Shown piece by piece: positions 26,089-34,393 of a DNA stretch of 64,000 bases. Where the stretch lies: the NCBI GenBank assembly GCA_018062065.1, contig JAGOSX010000001.1, positions 31,070-95,069 of the forward strand, given 5' to 3'. The notes under the pieces were generated by a model. The model was not told the DNA's origin and made no database searches. It worked only from the letters and a program-made list of their open reading frames with translations. Source of the DNA: Minisyncoccota bacterium (GTDB taxonomy: Bacteria; Patescibacteriota; Minisyncoccia; Phycocordibacterales; UBA9973). Numbering within the stretch: the stretch's first letter is position 1; every line of letters begins with the position of its first letter. The translations under genes and the position numbers were made by a program.

Positions 26089-26093
26089 AATTT

Positions 26094-26119
26094 ATCCTGT
26101 CGCTCGCGAGTGACAGGAT
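26094..26119. repeat. Family A palindrome copy 3: atcctgtcgctcgcgagtgacaggat, directly abutting family B copy 3
   Basis: Inverted repeat with one G·U-type mismatch. The core CTCGCGAG is shared with the copies at 41725 and 56007. Confidence 0.6.
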
Positions 26120-26125
26120 TTTTAA

Positions 26126-26152
26126 AACCCCTAAATCCCCTTATCAGGGGAC
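26126..26152 (+). promoter_or_regulatory. Family B 27-nt leader motif copy 3, ~148 nt upstream of tsaE-polA
   Basis: Exact 27-mer AACCCCTAAATCCCCTTATCAGGGGAC. Confidence 0.4.
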
Positions 26153-26299
26153 TTTAAATACTCAAGACTTGTGTTATTATTTGAATAATGAATCCCGTAG
26201 TAGAAAATGGCATTAAAAATAATATAATAAATATGGATAAATCAATAAATTCAAATTTTATAAGTTTTAATAAAATAAGTGGTTTTGCTTTTTTAAGCG

Positions 26300-26761
26300 A
26301 TGCCATTTTTCACTAACCGGATGAAATATGGAGTTAAAAATATTAAAGATATTGAAAAGCTAGCGAAGCTTTTTTTAGATAAAGTAAAAGCTGAGAAAAG
26401 TAAGGCGACTATTGTTACCTTGTCTGGAGACCTCGGTGCAGGGAAGACTACTTTCGTGCAAAGTGTTGGGAAAATTTTAGGTATTAAAAAGAAAATAGTT
26501 AGTCCAACTTTTGTATTAATGAAAAGGTATTATTTAAAAGAAAATCAATTTGAGAATTTATATCATATTGATGCATATCGCTTAGAAGGTAAAGATATTA
26601 AGCATGAACTTAAGCTTTTAGGTTTTGAAGAAATAATCAAAGATCCAAAAAATATTCTTTTTATAGAATGGCCTGAAATTTTAGGTAAAAATTTACCAAA
26701 AAAAGTCCTAAAAATAAAAATAAAACACAAAAAAGAAAATCAAAGAGAATTTTCTTTTTAA
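26300..26761 (+). CDS. tsaE: tRNA threonylcarbamoyladenosine biosynthesis protein TsaE (YjeE-family P-loop ATPase)
   Basis: 153 aa. The P-loop is GDLGAGKTTFVQ and there is a DAYRL motif. The start may instead be the downstream ATG (MKYGV...). Confidence 0.75.
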   Translation: MPFFTNRMKYGVKNIKDIEKLAKLFLDKVKAEKSKATIVTLSGDLGAGKTTFVQSVGKILGIKKKIVSPTFVLMKRYYLKENQFENLYHIDAYRLEGKDIKHELKLLGFEEIIKDPKNILFIEWPEILGKNLPKKVLKIKIKHKKENQREFSF

Positions 26762-26776
26762 TGCTATAATTAGTGA

Positions 26777-29167
26777 ATGAAAGAAAAACCTAAGCTTTTA
26801 GTGTTGCTAGATTCTCACGCTATTATTCACCGCGCTTATCATGCTCTCCCTGACTTTATGTCTTCCGATGGAGTTCCGACTGGAGCTCTTTATGGATTAT
26901 CTAATATGCTTATGAAAATAGTTTCGGATTTAAAGCCGGATTATATTGTCGCTTGTTACGACTTGCCTCAGAAAACTTTTCGCCACGAAGCTTATAAAGA
27001 ATACAAAGCTGGCCGAGCGAAAGCTGACGATGCTCTCGTAGCTCAATTAATAAGTTCACGAAAAATTTTCGAAGCTTTTAATATCCCTATTTATGATGCA
27101 CCGGGTTTCGAAGCCGACGATGAGCTTGGTACTATTTGTGAAATTTTGAAGAAAGAAAATATCAATATTATTATCGCTTCGGGAGATATGGATACGATGC
27201 AACTTGTCGACGGTAAAAAAGTCCAAGTTTATACTTTGAAAAAGGGTATTACTGATACGATTTTATATGATGAAGATAAAGTAGTAGAGAGATTTAATTT
27301 TGCTCCGAAGTTCTTGCCGGATTATAAAGGTCTTCGTGGAGATCCATCCGACAATATTATAGGTATTAAAGGTATAGGAGAAAAAACAGCAACTACTCTT
27401 ATCTCTAAATTCGGCACGATAGAAAATATCTATAAACAAATTCAAAAAGACGAAACGGTATTTAAAGCTTTAGGAATTACTCCTCGTATTTTAGATTTGA
27501 TTAAAAATAACGAAGAAGAAGCTATGTTCTCGAAAGTTTTAGCTACTATACGTCGTGATGCGCCGATAGATTTTAAATTACCTGAGAAAACCTTTTGGGA
27601 AAATATTTCTTTTGAAAAAATTGAGAAGACTTTTCTGGAATTTGGTTTTAGGAGTTTGATGACTAGGCTTAAAGGATTTTTTGGTACCCAAGAAGCGAGT
27701 AAGCAATTAGATAACTTTTTAGAAGAGGAAGAAGACGTCCCCCAAGAAGAAATAGAAAAAGCCTCTTTATTGCTTTGGGTTTTGAATACGGAAATTAGTA
27801 ATCCTCAAAAAGAAGATATAATTAACTACGCTAAAAATCTAACTAAAAATTATAAGATTAATTTTAAAGAAGCTTATAATGCGATTTACAAAGAAGCTGA
27901 AAATAAAAATTTAATTAAAGTTTATGAAGAAATCGAATTACCAATATTGCCTATAGTGAAAGGTATGGGCGAGAGAGGAATACTAATAGATCAAAAATAT
28001 TTTGAAAAATTATCTAAAGATTATCATAAGTCTTTGGATGGACTTACTCAAAAGATTTATGAACTCGCTGGAGTAGAGTTTAATATAAATTCACCAAAGC
28101 AATTAGGAGAAGTTTTGTTCGGGAAAATGGGAATTAAAAATCCTAAAAAGAAAAACGCTAGCGGGAATTTCTCTACCAAGATAGAAATTTTAGAAGAACT
28201 AGAAGAAGGCAATCCTATTATTAGTTTGATAATGGAATATAGAGAATTGCAAAAATTGCTTTCGACTTATATAGACGTTATTCCTAAAATGGTAGGAAGT
28301 GACGGACGTCTGCATTCAAAATTTATTCAAAATGCGACTACTACCGGTAGATTTTCTTCGCTTGATCCGAATTTGCAAAACCTCCCAGTCAAAACTGAAT
28401 TAGGTAAAAAGATTAGAGATGGATTTATAACTTCTAAAGATTATAAGCTTTGCGCTTTTGATTATTCTCAAATTGAGCTTCGAACTATCGCTATTCTTTC
28501 CGGAGACAACAAAATGACTGAAATCTTTAAAGAAGGTAAAGATATTCATGCTGGAGTAGCGAGTTTTGTCTTCGGAGTACCTATCGATAAAGTTGATAGT
28601 GAAATGCGTCGCAGGGCTAAAGTAATTAACTTCGGAATTATTTATGGTATGGGAGTTTCAGCTTTGCGCAAGAATCTAGGTAAAAATGTTTCTCGAGAAG
28701 AAGCTCAAAAATTTTATGATAATTATTTCAATCAATTTTCTGGAGTAGCGAAATATTTAGAAAATGTAAAAATTTCTGCAAAGAAGAATTCTTATACAGA
28801 GACTTTGTTCGGACGTAAAAGATATTTTAAAGATATTAATTCTCGCATTCCTTTCCTAGCTTCTATGGCGGAGCGGACTGCGATAAATGCTCCTGTGCAA
28901 GGTACTGCAGCCGATATTATTAAACTTGCCATACTTTTCGTCTATCAAGATTTAAAGGCTTCTAATTTATTAGATAAAGTATTTATTTTACTTCAAATTC
29001 ACGACGAATTAGTTTTTGAAATTAAAGAAGAAGTTTTAGATGAAGCTATTCCAATCATTAAAAACGCTATGGAGCGTGTACTTTCTCGTTCATATTTGAA
29101 TTATAAAACTGATATACCAATACTAGTTAACTATAAAATCGGGGATTCTTTGGGAGATGTAAAATAA
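26777..29167 (+). CDS. polA: DNA polymerase I (5'-3' exonuclease + family A polymerase domain)
   Basis: 796 aa. The N-terminus is FEN-like (LLVLLDSHAIIHRAYHAL). The polymerase motifs are RRRAKVINFGIIYGM (motif B) and QIHDELVFE (motif C). Confidence 0.95.
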   Translation: MKEKPKLLVLLDSHAIIHRAYHALPDFMSSDGVPTGALYGLSNMLMKIVSDLKPDYIVACYDLPQKTFRHEAYKEYKAGRAKADDALVAQLISSRKIFEAFNIPIYDAPGFEADDELGTICEILKKENINIIIASGDMDTMQLVDGKKVQVYTLKKGITDTILYDEDKVVERFNFAPKFLPDYKGLRGDPSDNIIGIKGIGEKTATTLISKFGTIENIYKQIQKDETVFKALGITPRILDLIKNNEEEAMFSKVLATIRRDAPIDFKLPEKTFWENISFEKIEKTFLEFGFRSLMTRLKGFFGTQEASKQLDNFLEEEEDVPQEEIEKASLLLWVLNTEISNPQKEDIINYAKNLTKNYKINFKEAYNAIYKEAENKNLIKVYEEIELPILPIVKGMGERGILIDQKYFEKLSKDYHKSLDGLTQKIYELAGVEFNINSPKQLGEVLFGKMGIKNPKKKNASGNFSTKIEILEELEEGNPIISLIMEYRELQKLLSTYIDVIPKMVGSDGRLHSKFIQNATTTGRFSSLDPNLQNLPVKTELGKKIRDGFITSKDYKLCAFDYSQIELRTIAILSGDNKMTEIFKEGKDIHAGVASFVFGVPIDKVDSEMRRRAKVINFGIIYGMGVSALRKNLGKNVSREEAQKFYDNYFNQFSGVAKYLENVKISAKKNSYTETLFGRKRYFKDINSRIPFLASMAERTAINAPVQGTAADIIKLAILFVYQDLKASNLLDKVFILLQIHDELVFEIKEEVLDEAIPIIKNAMERVLSRSYLNYKTDIPILVNYKIGDSLGDVK

Positions 29168-29190
29168 TATTTTTGTGCTATGATTTAGCT

Positions 29191-29685
29191 ATGAGTGAAA
29201 CTCAATTAGAAAAAGAAAATAAGGCCTTAAAGCACCATAAAACTAAAGTTCATCACACTTTAGCCCATTCTTATTATTCTTATTTTATCTTGTTTTTATT
29301 GGGTATTAGTTTGGATTTATTATATCCTATTAAAATCTCGGTTCACCCTATACTTATTTCTAGTATTGGATTTTTGATAATTGTGATTTCTACTATTTTA
29401 ATATTTTGGGCTCAAAGAACTTCTCATAAGTTAAACGTTAAAGACGAAATTACTGTAGAGACTTTCTGTAAAGGTCCTTATTGTTATACTCGCACTCCTA
29501 CAAACTTCGGACTTTTCTTTTTAGTTTTAGGTTTTGCTTTTGTAATTAATGCTTTTTTCTTAGTTATATTTACTATTATTGCTTTTATTATTGCAAAGCT
29601 ATTTTTCTTAAAGAAACAAGAGAAAATTTTAGTAGAAAAATATGGGGCACCTTATATAGAATATAAAAAGAAAGTTAGATTCTAA
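29191..29685 (+). CDS. Membrane methyltransferase of the isoprenylcysteine carboxyl methyltransferase (ICMT)/phospholipid methyltransferase family
   Basis: I placed the start at the ATG at 29191 (MSETQ...) rather than the TTG at 29173. There are multiple TM helices. The C-terminal motif EKILVEKYGAPYIEYKKKV matches the ICMT-family EE-x-L-x3-FG-x2-Y-x-Y signature. Confidence 0.5.
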   Translation: MSETQLEKENKALKHHKTKVHHTLAHSYYSYFILFLLGISLDLLYPIKISVHPILISSIGFLIIVISTILIFWAQRTSHKLNVKDEITVETFCKGPYCYTRTPTNFGLFFLVLGFAFVINAFFLVIFTIIAFIIAKLFFLKKQEKILVEKYGAPYIEYKKKVRF

Positions 29686-29688
29686 AAT

Positions 29689-30330
29689 ATGATATATCTT
29701 TTCTCGGGAGATGATACAAAAAGCAAAATCAAAAGTTATGAAGCTTTTTTAAAAAAGTTTAATTTACCTATTTATACGATTAATCGTAATAATTATTCAA
29801 ATGCTTTAATAGAGAATTTTTATTCGGGAGCGAGTTTATTTGATCCTAAAAGTGTTATTATTTTAAATAATATTTTAGAAAATACTGAATATAGTGAATT
29901 TATTTTTTCTAATTTAGAATTTATTCAAAAATCCGAAAATACTTTTATTTTTAACGAGAATAAGTTGCTAAAAACTGTATTAGATAAATTCAATAAAATT
30001 AAAGCAGAAGTAAATATTTTTGAACTTAAAAAGGAACAAAAAGAAAAGTTTAATAATTTTCTCTTAGCAGATGCATTCGCAGTTAAAGATAAAATGAGTC
30101 TTTGGCTTTATTATCGGCAGGCTGTCGATTTAGGAGTAGGGTTAGAAGAACTTTCCGGAGTTTTGTTTTGGAAAATTAAAGATATGATTTTAAAGAAAAA
30201 CTTTTTGAAATATAAAGAAGAAGATTTAAAAAATATTAATTTCAAACTTGCTCATCTATTGGCGAAGGCTCGCCGAGAAGGGAAGAATGATGAGATTGTA
30301 TTTGAAAAGTTTATTCTTGAGGTGGTGTAA
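29689..30330 (+). CDS. Hypothetical protein; weak resemblance to DNA polymerase III delta subunit (HolA) N-terminus
   Basis: 213 aa. It begins MIYLFSGDD, like the HolA xYLLYGEE motif. This is low confidence. Confidence 0.25.
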   Translation: MIYLFSGDDTKSKIKSYEAFLKKFNLPIYTINRNNYSNALIENFYSGASLFDPKSVIILNNILENTEYSEFIFSNLEFIQKSENTFIFNENKLLKTVLDKFNKIKAEVNIFELKKEQKEKFNNFLLADAFAVKDKMSLWLYYRQAVDLGVGLEELSGVLFWKIKDMILKKNFLKYKEEDLKNINFKLAHLLAKARREGKNDEIVFEKFILEVV

Positions 30331-30616
30331 AGTTTTTCTCAGTTTCTTTTGCTGCTTCATTTATGATTTTTACTGCTTCTTCAACAGATAAATTTTCTTG
30401 TTTTAAATCTTTTTCTATTTTATTGATAATAGCATCAATCTCAGGATTTATCTCCGGATTAAGTAAGGCTTTATTTTTTAAATATTTAAATATATTTTGG
30501 ATTAATGGTCTAGATTTGTCTAATTTTGTAGTCCTTAAATACTCGTTTAAATAGTCTTCACTCGTAGGTTTTTCAGCAAGTTTTTTAATATGTATTGAGT
30601 TTGGTTTTTCGTGCAT
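30311..30616 (-). CDS. Small helical hypothetical protein
   Basis: 101-aa ORF, convergent with the upstream gene. No motif was recognised. Confidence 0.3.
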   Translation of the reverse strand: MHEKPNSIHIKKLAEKPTSEDYLNEYLRTTKLDKSRPLIQNIFKYLKNKALLNPEINPEIDAIINKIEKDLKQENLSVEEAVKIINEAAKETEKNFTPPQE

Positions 30617-30685
30617 TTATATATTATAACATTAAATTCTTGATTTTTAAATATATTTAAGGTATATTTTAATAGTTATATTTAT

Positions 30686-30706
30686 GCGCTCGTAGTTCAG
30701 TTGTAG
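30686..30706 (+). pseudogene. tRNA-Lys 5' fragment (gcgctcgtagttcagttgtag) duplicated 65 nt upstream of the intact tRNA-Lys; not foldable into a tRNA
   Basis: 19 of 21 nt identical to the 5' end of the tRNA at 30751. The downstream sequence (cggtttcaactgaaac) forms an unrelated hairpin, with no anticodon or T-arm. Confidence 0.35.
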
Positions 30707-30750
30707 CGGTTTCAACTGAAACATACAGCAAAAGTAATAAAATTATTTAT

Positions 30751-30823
30751 GCGCTCGTAGCTCAGTCGGTAGAGCAGCTCCCTTTTAAGGAGATGGTCGA
30801 AGGTTCGATTCCTTCCGAGCGCA
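30751..30823 (+). tRNA. tRNA-Lys (anticodon TTT)
   Basis: I folded it by hand. The acceptor stem is gcgctcg/cgagcgc, the D-arm is tagctcagtcggtagagc, the anticodon loop is cuUUUaa, the T-arm is gaaggttcgattccttc, and the discriminator is A. No encoded CCA. Confidence 0.85.
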
Positions 30824-30913
30824 CATTTCAAAAATCAAGACACTTTGATTTTTTCTCAATTTTGTGCTAGTATTGTAACGAAATAAATTAAATAACGATT
30901 AAAATTTTTTCTT

Positions 30914-31468
30914 ATGAAAAAAATTATATTTTTGTTCTTTGCAACTTTTTTTTGTTTTCCAATTTTTTCTCAAACTTTAGCTTCGGCTGAAGAGACAGAA
31001 AAAACAGAAGAAAAAATTGAACCGTCTCATCATAATGATGAGTTAGGTTTGCACTTCAATGTATTTTTCGGATTAAGTGGAACTAAATCCAATTCCGAAA
31101 AAGATTTGAAAATATTAGGTGGGGCTGATATGTATTTACTTTTCACTAAAACATATCATTATTTTACATTTGACTTGGTCAATAATGAAATATCTTCTAC
31201 TAATGGTTATAAGTGGAATGATAATTTAGGTTCTTATGTTTTTGTTAGCTATGGCTTAAATAAAATACACGAACTTGAATTTGAAAATTCATTTCACGAA
31301 AAAACATTATCTTTGGGAATTGAATATTTTTTCTCTCTTAAAGAAAAAGAACCTTTAGAGGTAATTCTTTTTACTGAATTAGGTAAAGGATTTGCTCAGA
31401 AGAATGAAACTTTTTTCGGACTCGGCATAATAGCCGAATTAGATTTAAAAAAAATATTAAAAAAATAA
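30914..31468 (+). CDS. Secreted hypothetical protein
   Basis: 184 aa. The signal peptide is MKKIIFLFFATFFCFPIFSQTLASA. Confidence 0.4.
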   Translation: MKKIIFLFFATFFCFPIFSQTLASAEETEKTEEKIEPSHHNDELGLHFNVFFGLSGTKSNSEKDLKILGGADMYLLFTKTYHYFTFDLVNNEISSTNGYKWNDNLGSYVFVSYGLNKIHELEFENSFHEKTLSLGIEYFFSLKEKEPLEVILFTELGKGFAQKNETFFGLGIIAELDLKKILKK

Positions 31469-31563
31469 TTAATCCCAACTTACCGCACTTGACCTGCCTT
31501 GATTCCTTATGGAGTCTGGTAGGTCTTTTTATTTTATAAAATTATTTGTGCTATATTATATCT

Positions 31564-33717
31564 ATGAGCGAGAAAGTCTTTAAATTAAAAAGTAAATTTG
31601 AGCCTGCGGGAGATCAACCGAAGGCTATTTTAGAATTAAATGAAGGACTTAAAAAAGGCTTAAAAAAGCAGACTTTACTCGGAGCGACAGGGACCGGTAA
31701 GACTTTTACGATGGCTAACGTGATTTTAGAATATAATAAGCCGACTTTAGTCATAGCTCACAACAAAACCCTAGCCGCTCAACTCGCTACCGAGTTCAAA
31801 GAATTTTTCCCAGATGCTGCAGTGCATTATTTCGTTTCATATTATGATTATTATCAACCGGAAGCTTATATGCCGGCGTCAGATACTTTTATTGAAAAAG
31901 ATGCTCAGATAAATAAAGAAATAGATAGGCTTCGTCACGCTACAACTCAAGCATTACTCACTCGTAAAGACGTTATTATAGTCGCATCGGTATCTTGTAT
32001 TTACGGCTTAGGAAGCCCTGAAGAATACGAGAAAACTAATTTAAAATTAAATATCGGTACCAAATTAGATCGGGCAAGCTTAATGAAAAGATTAATCAGT
32101 ATGCATTTTGAGAGGACTAATGCAGATTTATCTTCTGGAAATTTTAGAGTTGTTGGACCGAAAATAGATTTGATGCCTGTTTCTGAAACCTTTATGTATT
32201 CTATCGAATTTTCAGGTACAGCTATTTCTCGGATTTTAAAAATTGATCCAGTATCTTCGACCATTTTAAAAGAATATTCCAAAGACGATACTGAAAGTAT
32301 TTATATTTTCCCAGCTAAACATTTTATAACCGAAGATGAAAAAACAAAAGTTGCAATTAAAAATATTGAAAAAGAATTAAAAACTCAAATCAAGAAATTT
32401 GAAAAAGAAGGCAAGCTTCTTGAAGCTGAAAGAATTAAAAGACGTACGAATTACGATCTCGCTATGATTAGGGAAGTTGGATATTGCTCTGGTATTGAAA
32501 ATTATTCTCGTCATTTATCAGGTAAAGCTGAAGGAGAAGCCCCGGAAACTTTACTGTCGTATTTTCCTCATAAAAAATTAAGAAATCCTGAAGAGAATGT
32601 CCCAGATTTCTTGACGATTATTGATGAATCGCACCAAACTTTACCTCAAATTCGAGGTATGTTTGCAGGGGATAAATCTCGTAAAACTACTTTAGTGGAA
32701 TACGGTTTTCGTTTACCTAGCGCGAAAGATAATCGCCCTCTTCGTTATGAAGAATTTGAAAGTAGAATTGGCGAAGTGGTTTACGTTTCTGCTACTCCAG
32801 GAGATGAAGAGCGAGAAAAAAGCGAAAAAATAGTTGAGCAAATTATTCGTCCTACAGGTTTACTTGATCCTGAAATATTAGTAAAACCAGTTACTGCTGA
32901 TAAAGATAAACTTGGACAAATTCAAGATTTTATTAAAGAAACCGAATTTACAATCAAAAGAGGTTTTAGAGTATTAGCTACAACTTTGACTAAAAAGATG
33001 GCTGAAGATTTAACTTCTTATCTTAAAGATAAAAGTATTAAAGCAGAATACTTGCATTCTGATGTAAAGACTTTGGATAGAATAAAAATAATTACAGAAT
33101 TTCGTAAGGGTAAATTTGATGTATTAGTCGGAGTGAACTTGCTTCGTGAAGGTTTAGATTTACCGGAAGTAGCGTTAATCGGTATTTTAGATGCAGATAA
33201 AGAAGGTTTTCTTCGTAGTGAAACAGCGTTAATCCAAATCATCGGACGCGCCGCTCGTAATAGTGAAGGTAGAGTTATTCTTTATGCAGATAGAATTACC
33301 GACTCTTTAGAAAATGCTATCAAAGAAACTACTCGTCGTCGCAATATTCAAATAGCTTATAACAAAAAATACGGAATTACTCCGAAAACTATTCTGAAAA
33401 ACATCAAAGATATTACCGAAGATATGGAGTCTAATCATAGTCGAGCGGTAAATGCAGAGCTTGATCTTGATTTAAACCTTTTTAAAACTGCTTATAAAAA
33501 AGAATTAAAGAAAGACGGAAGTAAAATTACTCGTGAAAAAGGGAAAATAGAAGTTAAACTTAAAATGTCTGATGATGAAAGGAAAGATTTAGTTTATGAA
33601 AAAATAATTAAAATTAAAGAACGCGAAATGAATAAAGCTGTCAAAGAACTCGATTTTGAAACTGCTGCAATACTAAGAGATGAGATAGGAGTACTAAAAG
33701 CTCGGCTAGAAAAATAA
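31564..33717 (+). CDS. uvrB: Excinuclease ABC subunit B
   Basis: Start set at the ATG at 31564 (MSEKVF...). The TTG at 31546 is unlikely because it overlaps the extended -10 TGTGCTATATTAT. Walker A is GATGTGKT and there is a helicase C domain. The C-terminal UvrB/UvrC interaction domain (...ILRDEIGVLKARLEK) is present. Confidence 0.95.
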   Translation: MSEKVFKLKSKFEPAGDQPKAILELNEGLKKGLKKQTLLGATGTGKTFTMANVILEYNKPTLVIAHNKTLAAQLATEFKEFFPDAAVHYFVSYYDYYQPEAYMPASDTFIEKDAQINKEIDRLRHATTQALLTRKDVIIVASVSCIYGLGSPEEYEKTNLKLNIGTKLDRASLMKRLISMHFERTNADLSSGNFRVVGPKIDLMPVSETFMYSIEFSGTAISRILKIDPVSSTILKEYSKDDTESIYIFPAKHFITEDEKTKVAIKNIEKELKTQIKKFEKEGKLLEAERIKRRTNYDLAMIREVGYCSGIENYSRHLSGKAEGEAPETLLSYFPHKKLRNPEENVPDFLTIIDESHQTLPQIRGMFAGDKSRKTTLVEYGFRLPSAKDNRPLRYEEFESRIGEVVYVSATPGDEEREKSEKIVEQIIRPTGLLDPEILVKPVTADKDKLGQIQDFIKETEFTIKRGFRVLATTLTKKMAEDLTSYLKDKSIKAEYLHSDVKTLDRIKIITEFRKGKFDVLVGVNLLREGLDLPEVALIGILDADKEGFLRSETALIQIIGRAARNSEGRVILYADRITDSLENAIKETTRRRNIQIAYNKKYGITPKTILKNIKDITEDMESNHSRAVNAELDLDLNLFKTAYKKELKKDGSKITREKGKIEVKLKMSDDERKDLVYEKIIKIKEREMNKAVKELDFETAAILRDEIGVLKARLEK
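33578..33717 (+). repeat. Direct repeat 1 (uvrB 3' end, ~140 bp); its diverged partner is at 35381-35521
   Basis: Aligned by eye, ~85% nt identity overall and ~92% over the first 110 bp. The encoded peptides are nearly identical (KAVKELDFETAAILRDEIGVLKARLEK vs RAVKELDFETAAILRDEIGVLRVRMEK). Confidence 0.7.
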
Positions 33718-33760
33718 ACTTTACTGTTTACTAAGGTTTATGCTATAATACTATTACCGA

Positions 33761-33803
33761 CGCCGAAAGGCGATAACGACCCCTTTATAGCAATATAAAG
33801 GGG
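33761..33803 (+). promoter_or_regulatory. Structured 5' leader of the MazF-like toxin gene with two GNRA-tetraloop hairpins: cgcc-gaaa-ggcg (33761-33772) and cccctttata-gcaa-tataaagggg (33780-33803). The second sequesters the Shine-Dalgarno AAAGGGGAG
   Basis: Read directly. The second hairpin is a 10-bp perfect stem. The purine-rich SD is its 3' arm, 17 nt before the ATG at 33821. A TGCTATAAT -10 lies at 33741-33749. Confidence 0.35.
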
Positions 33804-33820
33804 AGCGTAAATTAAATACA

Positions 33821-34213
33821 ATGTATATTAAAGAATTTGATACTTGGAATTCTATTAAAAAAGAAGTAAATGAGAAAGAAAAACCTCACAAGGTTCGTGT
33901 TAGAGAACTTCGCTGGGGTTCTTTAGGAGTAAATATTGGAAGTGAAATAGATGGAAAGGGAGCTACCTTTACAAGACCTTTGATTATTCTTTCTTTAGCT
34001 GGACCAGATTTAGCTCTTGTTGTTCCTTGTTCTACAAAATTGCACGATAGGCCTGGGTATATAAAAATTCAATTAAAAAATAAAGAAGTTAGTGCTTGTA
34101 TTCATCAAATAAAAATTATTTCTACTAAAAGAATTTATGATAGAATCCAAAAAATTTCTCAAGAACAAATAAATAATTTGAAAAATCAAATTAAAGATTT
34201 TTATAGATTATAA
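33821..34213 (+). CDS. MazF/PemK-family-like endoribonuclease toxin (orphan: no intact cognate antitoxin adjacent)
   Basis: 130 aa. LRWGSLGVNIGSEIDGKGATFTRPLIILS and ALVVPCSTKLHDRPGYIKI parallel the MazF/Kid conserved segments (RPxLVxS ... VVPxTS...). It lies inside an inserted island. Confidence 0.55.
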   Translation: MYIKEFDTWNSIKKEVNEKEKPHKVRVRELRWGSLGVNIGSEIDGKGATFTRPLIILSLAGPDLALVVPCSTKLHDRPGYIKIQLKNKEVSACIHQIKIISTKRIYDRIQKISQEQINNLKNQIKDFYRL

Positions 34214-34217
34214 ATAT

Positions 34218-34301
34218 ATGAAAACTTTAGAACAATTTAAAAAACAAGCTTTAAAAAGGGAAGGAGTTAAAAAAGCTTATAAAATACTAAAAAATAACTA
34301 A
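34218..34301 (+). pseudogene. 27-codon ORF MKTLEQFKKQALKREGVKKAYKILKNN*, resembling the N-terminus of XRE/HigA-type antitoxins; probably a truncated remnant
   Basis: It starts 4 nt after the toxin stop. N-termini of HTH_XRE antitoxins commonly read M..(F/L)(D/E)E(F/L)(K/L).E.LKDPEFKAEY. Here it stops after 27 aa, before any HTH. Confidence 0.2.
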
Positions 34302-34393
34302 GGGACTTGGGTTGGAAATCCTAGAAAAATAAGATTGCTATTTTAATAAAACTATGATATAATAAAAATATTGATACATGTAGCCTTTGTTAT

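Noticed and set aside
30686-30730. A second tRNA upstream of tRNA-Lys
   Set aside because: Only the first ~20 nt resemble a tRNA. The remainder forms an unrelated hairpin, with no anticodon or T-arm.
29173-31563. TTG starts at 29173 (MCYDLAM…) and 31546 (MCYIISM…)
   Set aside because: Both TTGs fall inside extended -10 promoter elements (TGTGCTATGAT and TGTGCTATATTAT). The in-frame ATGs 18 nt downstream give conventional N-termini.
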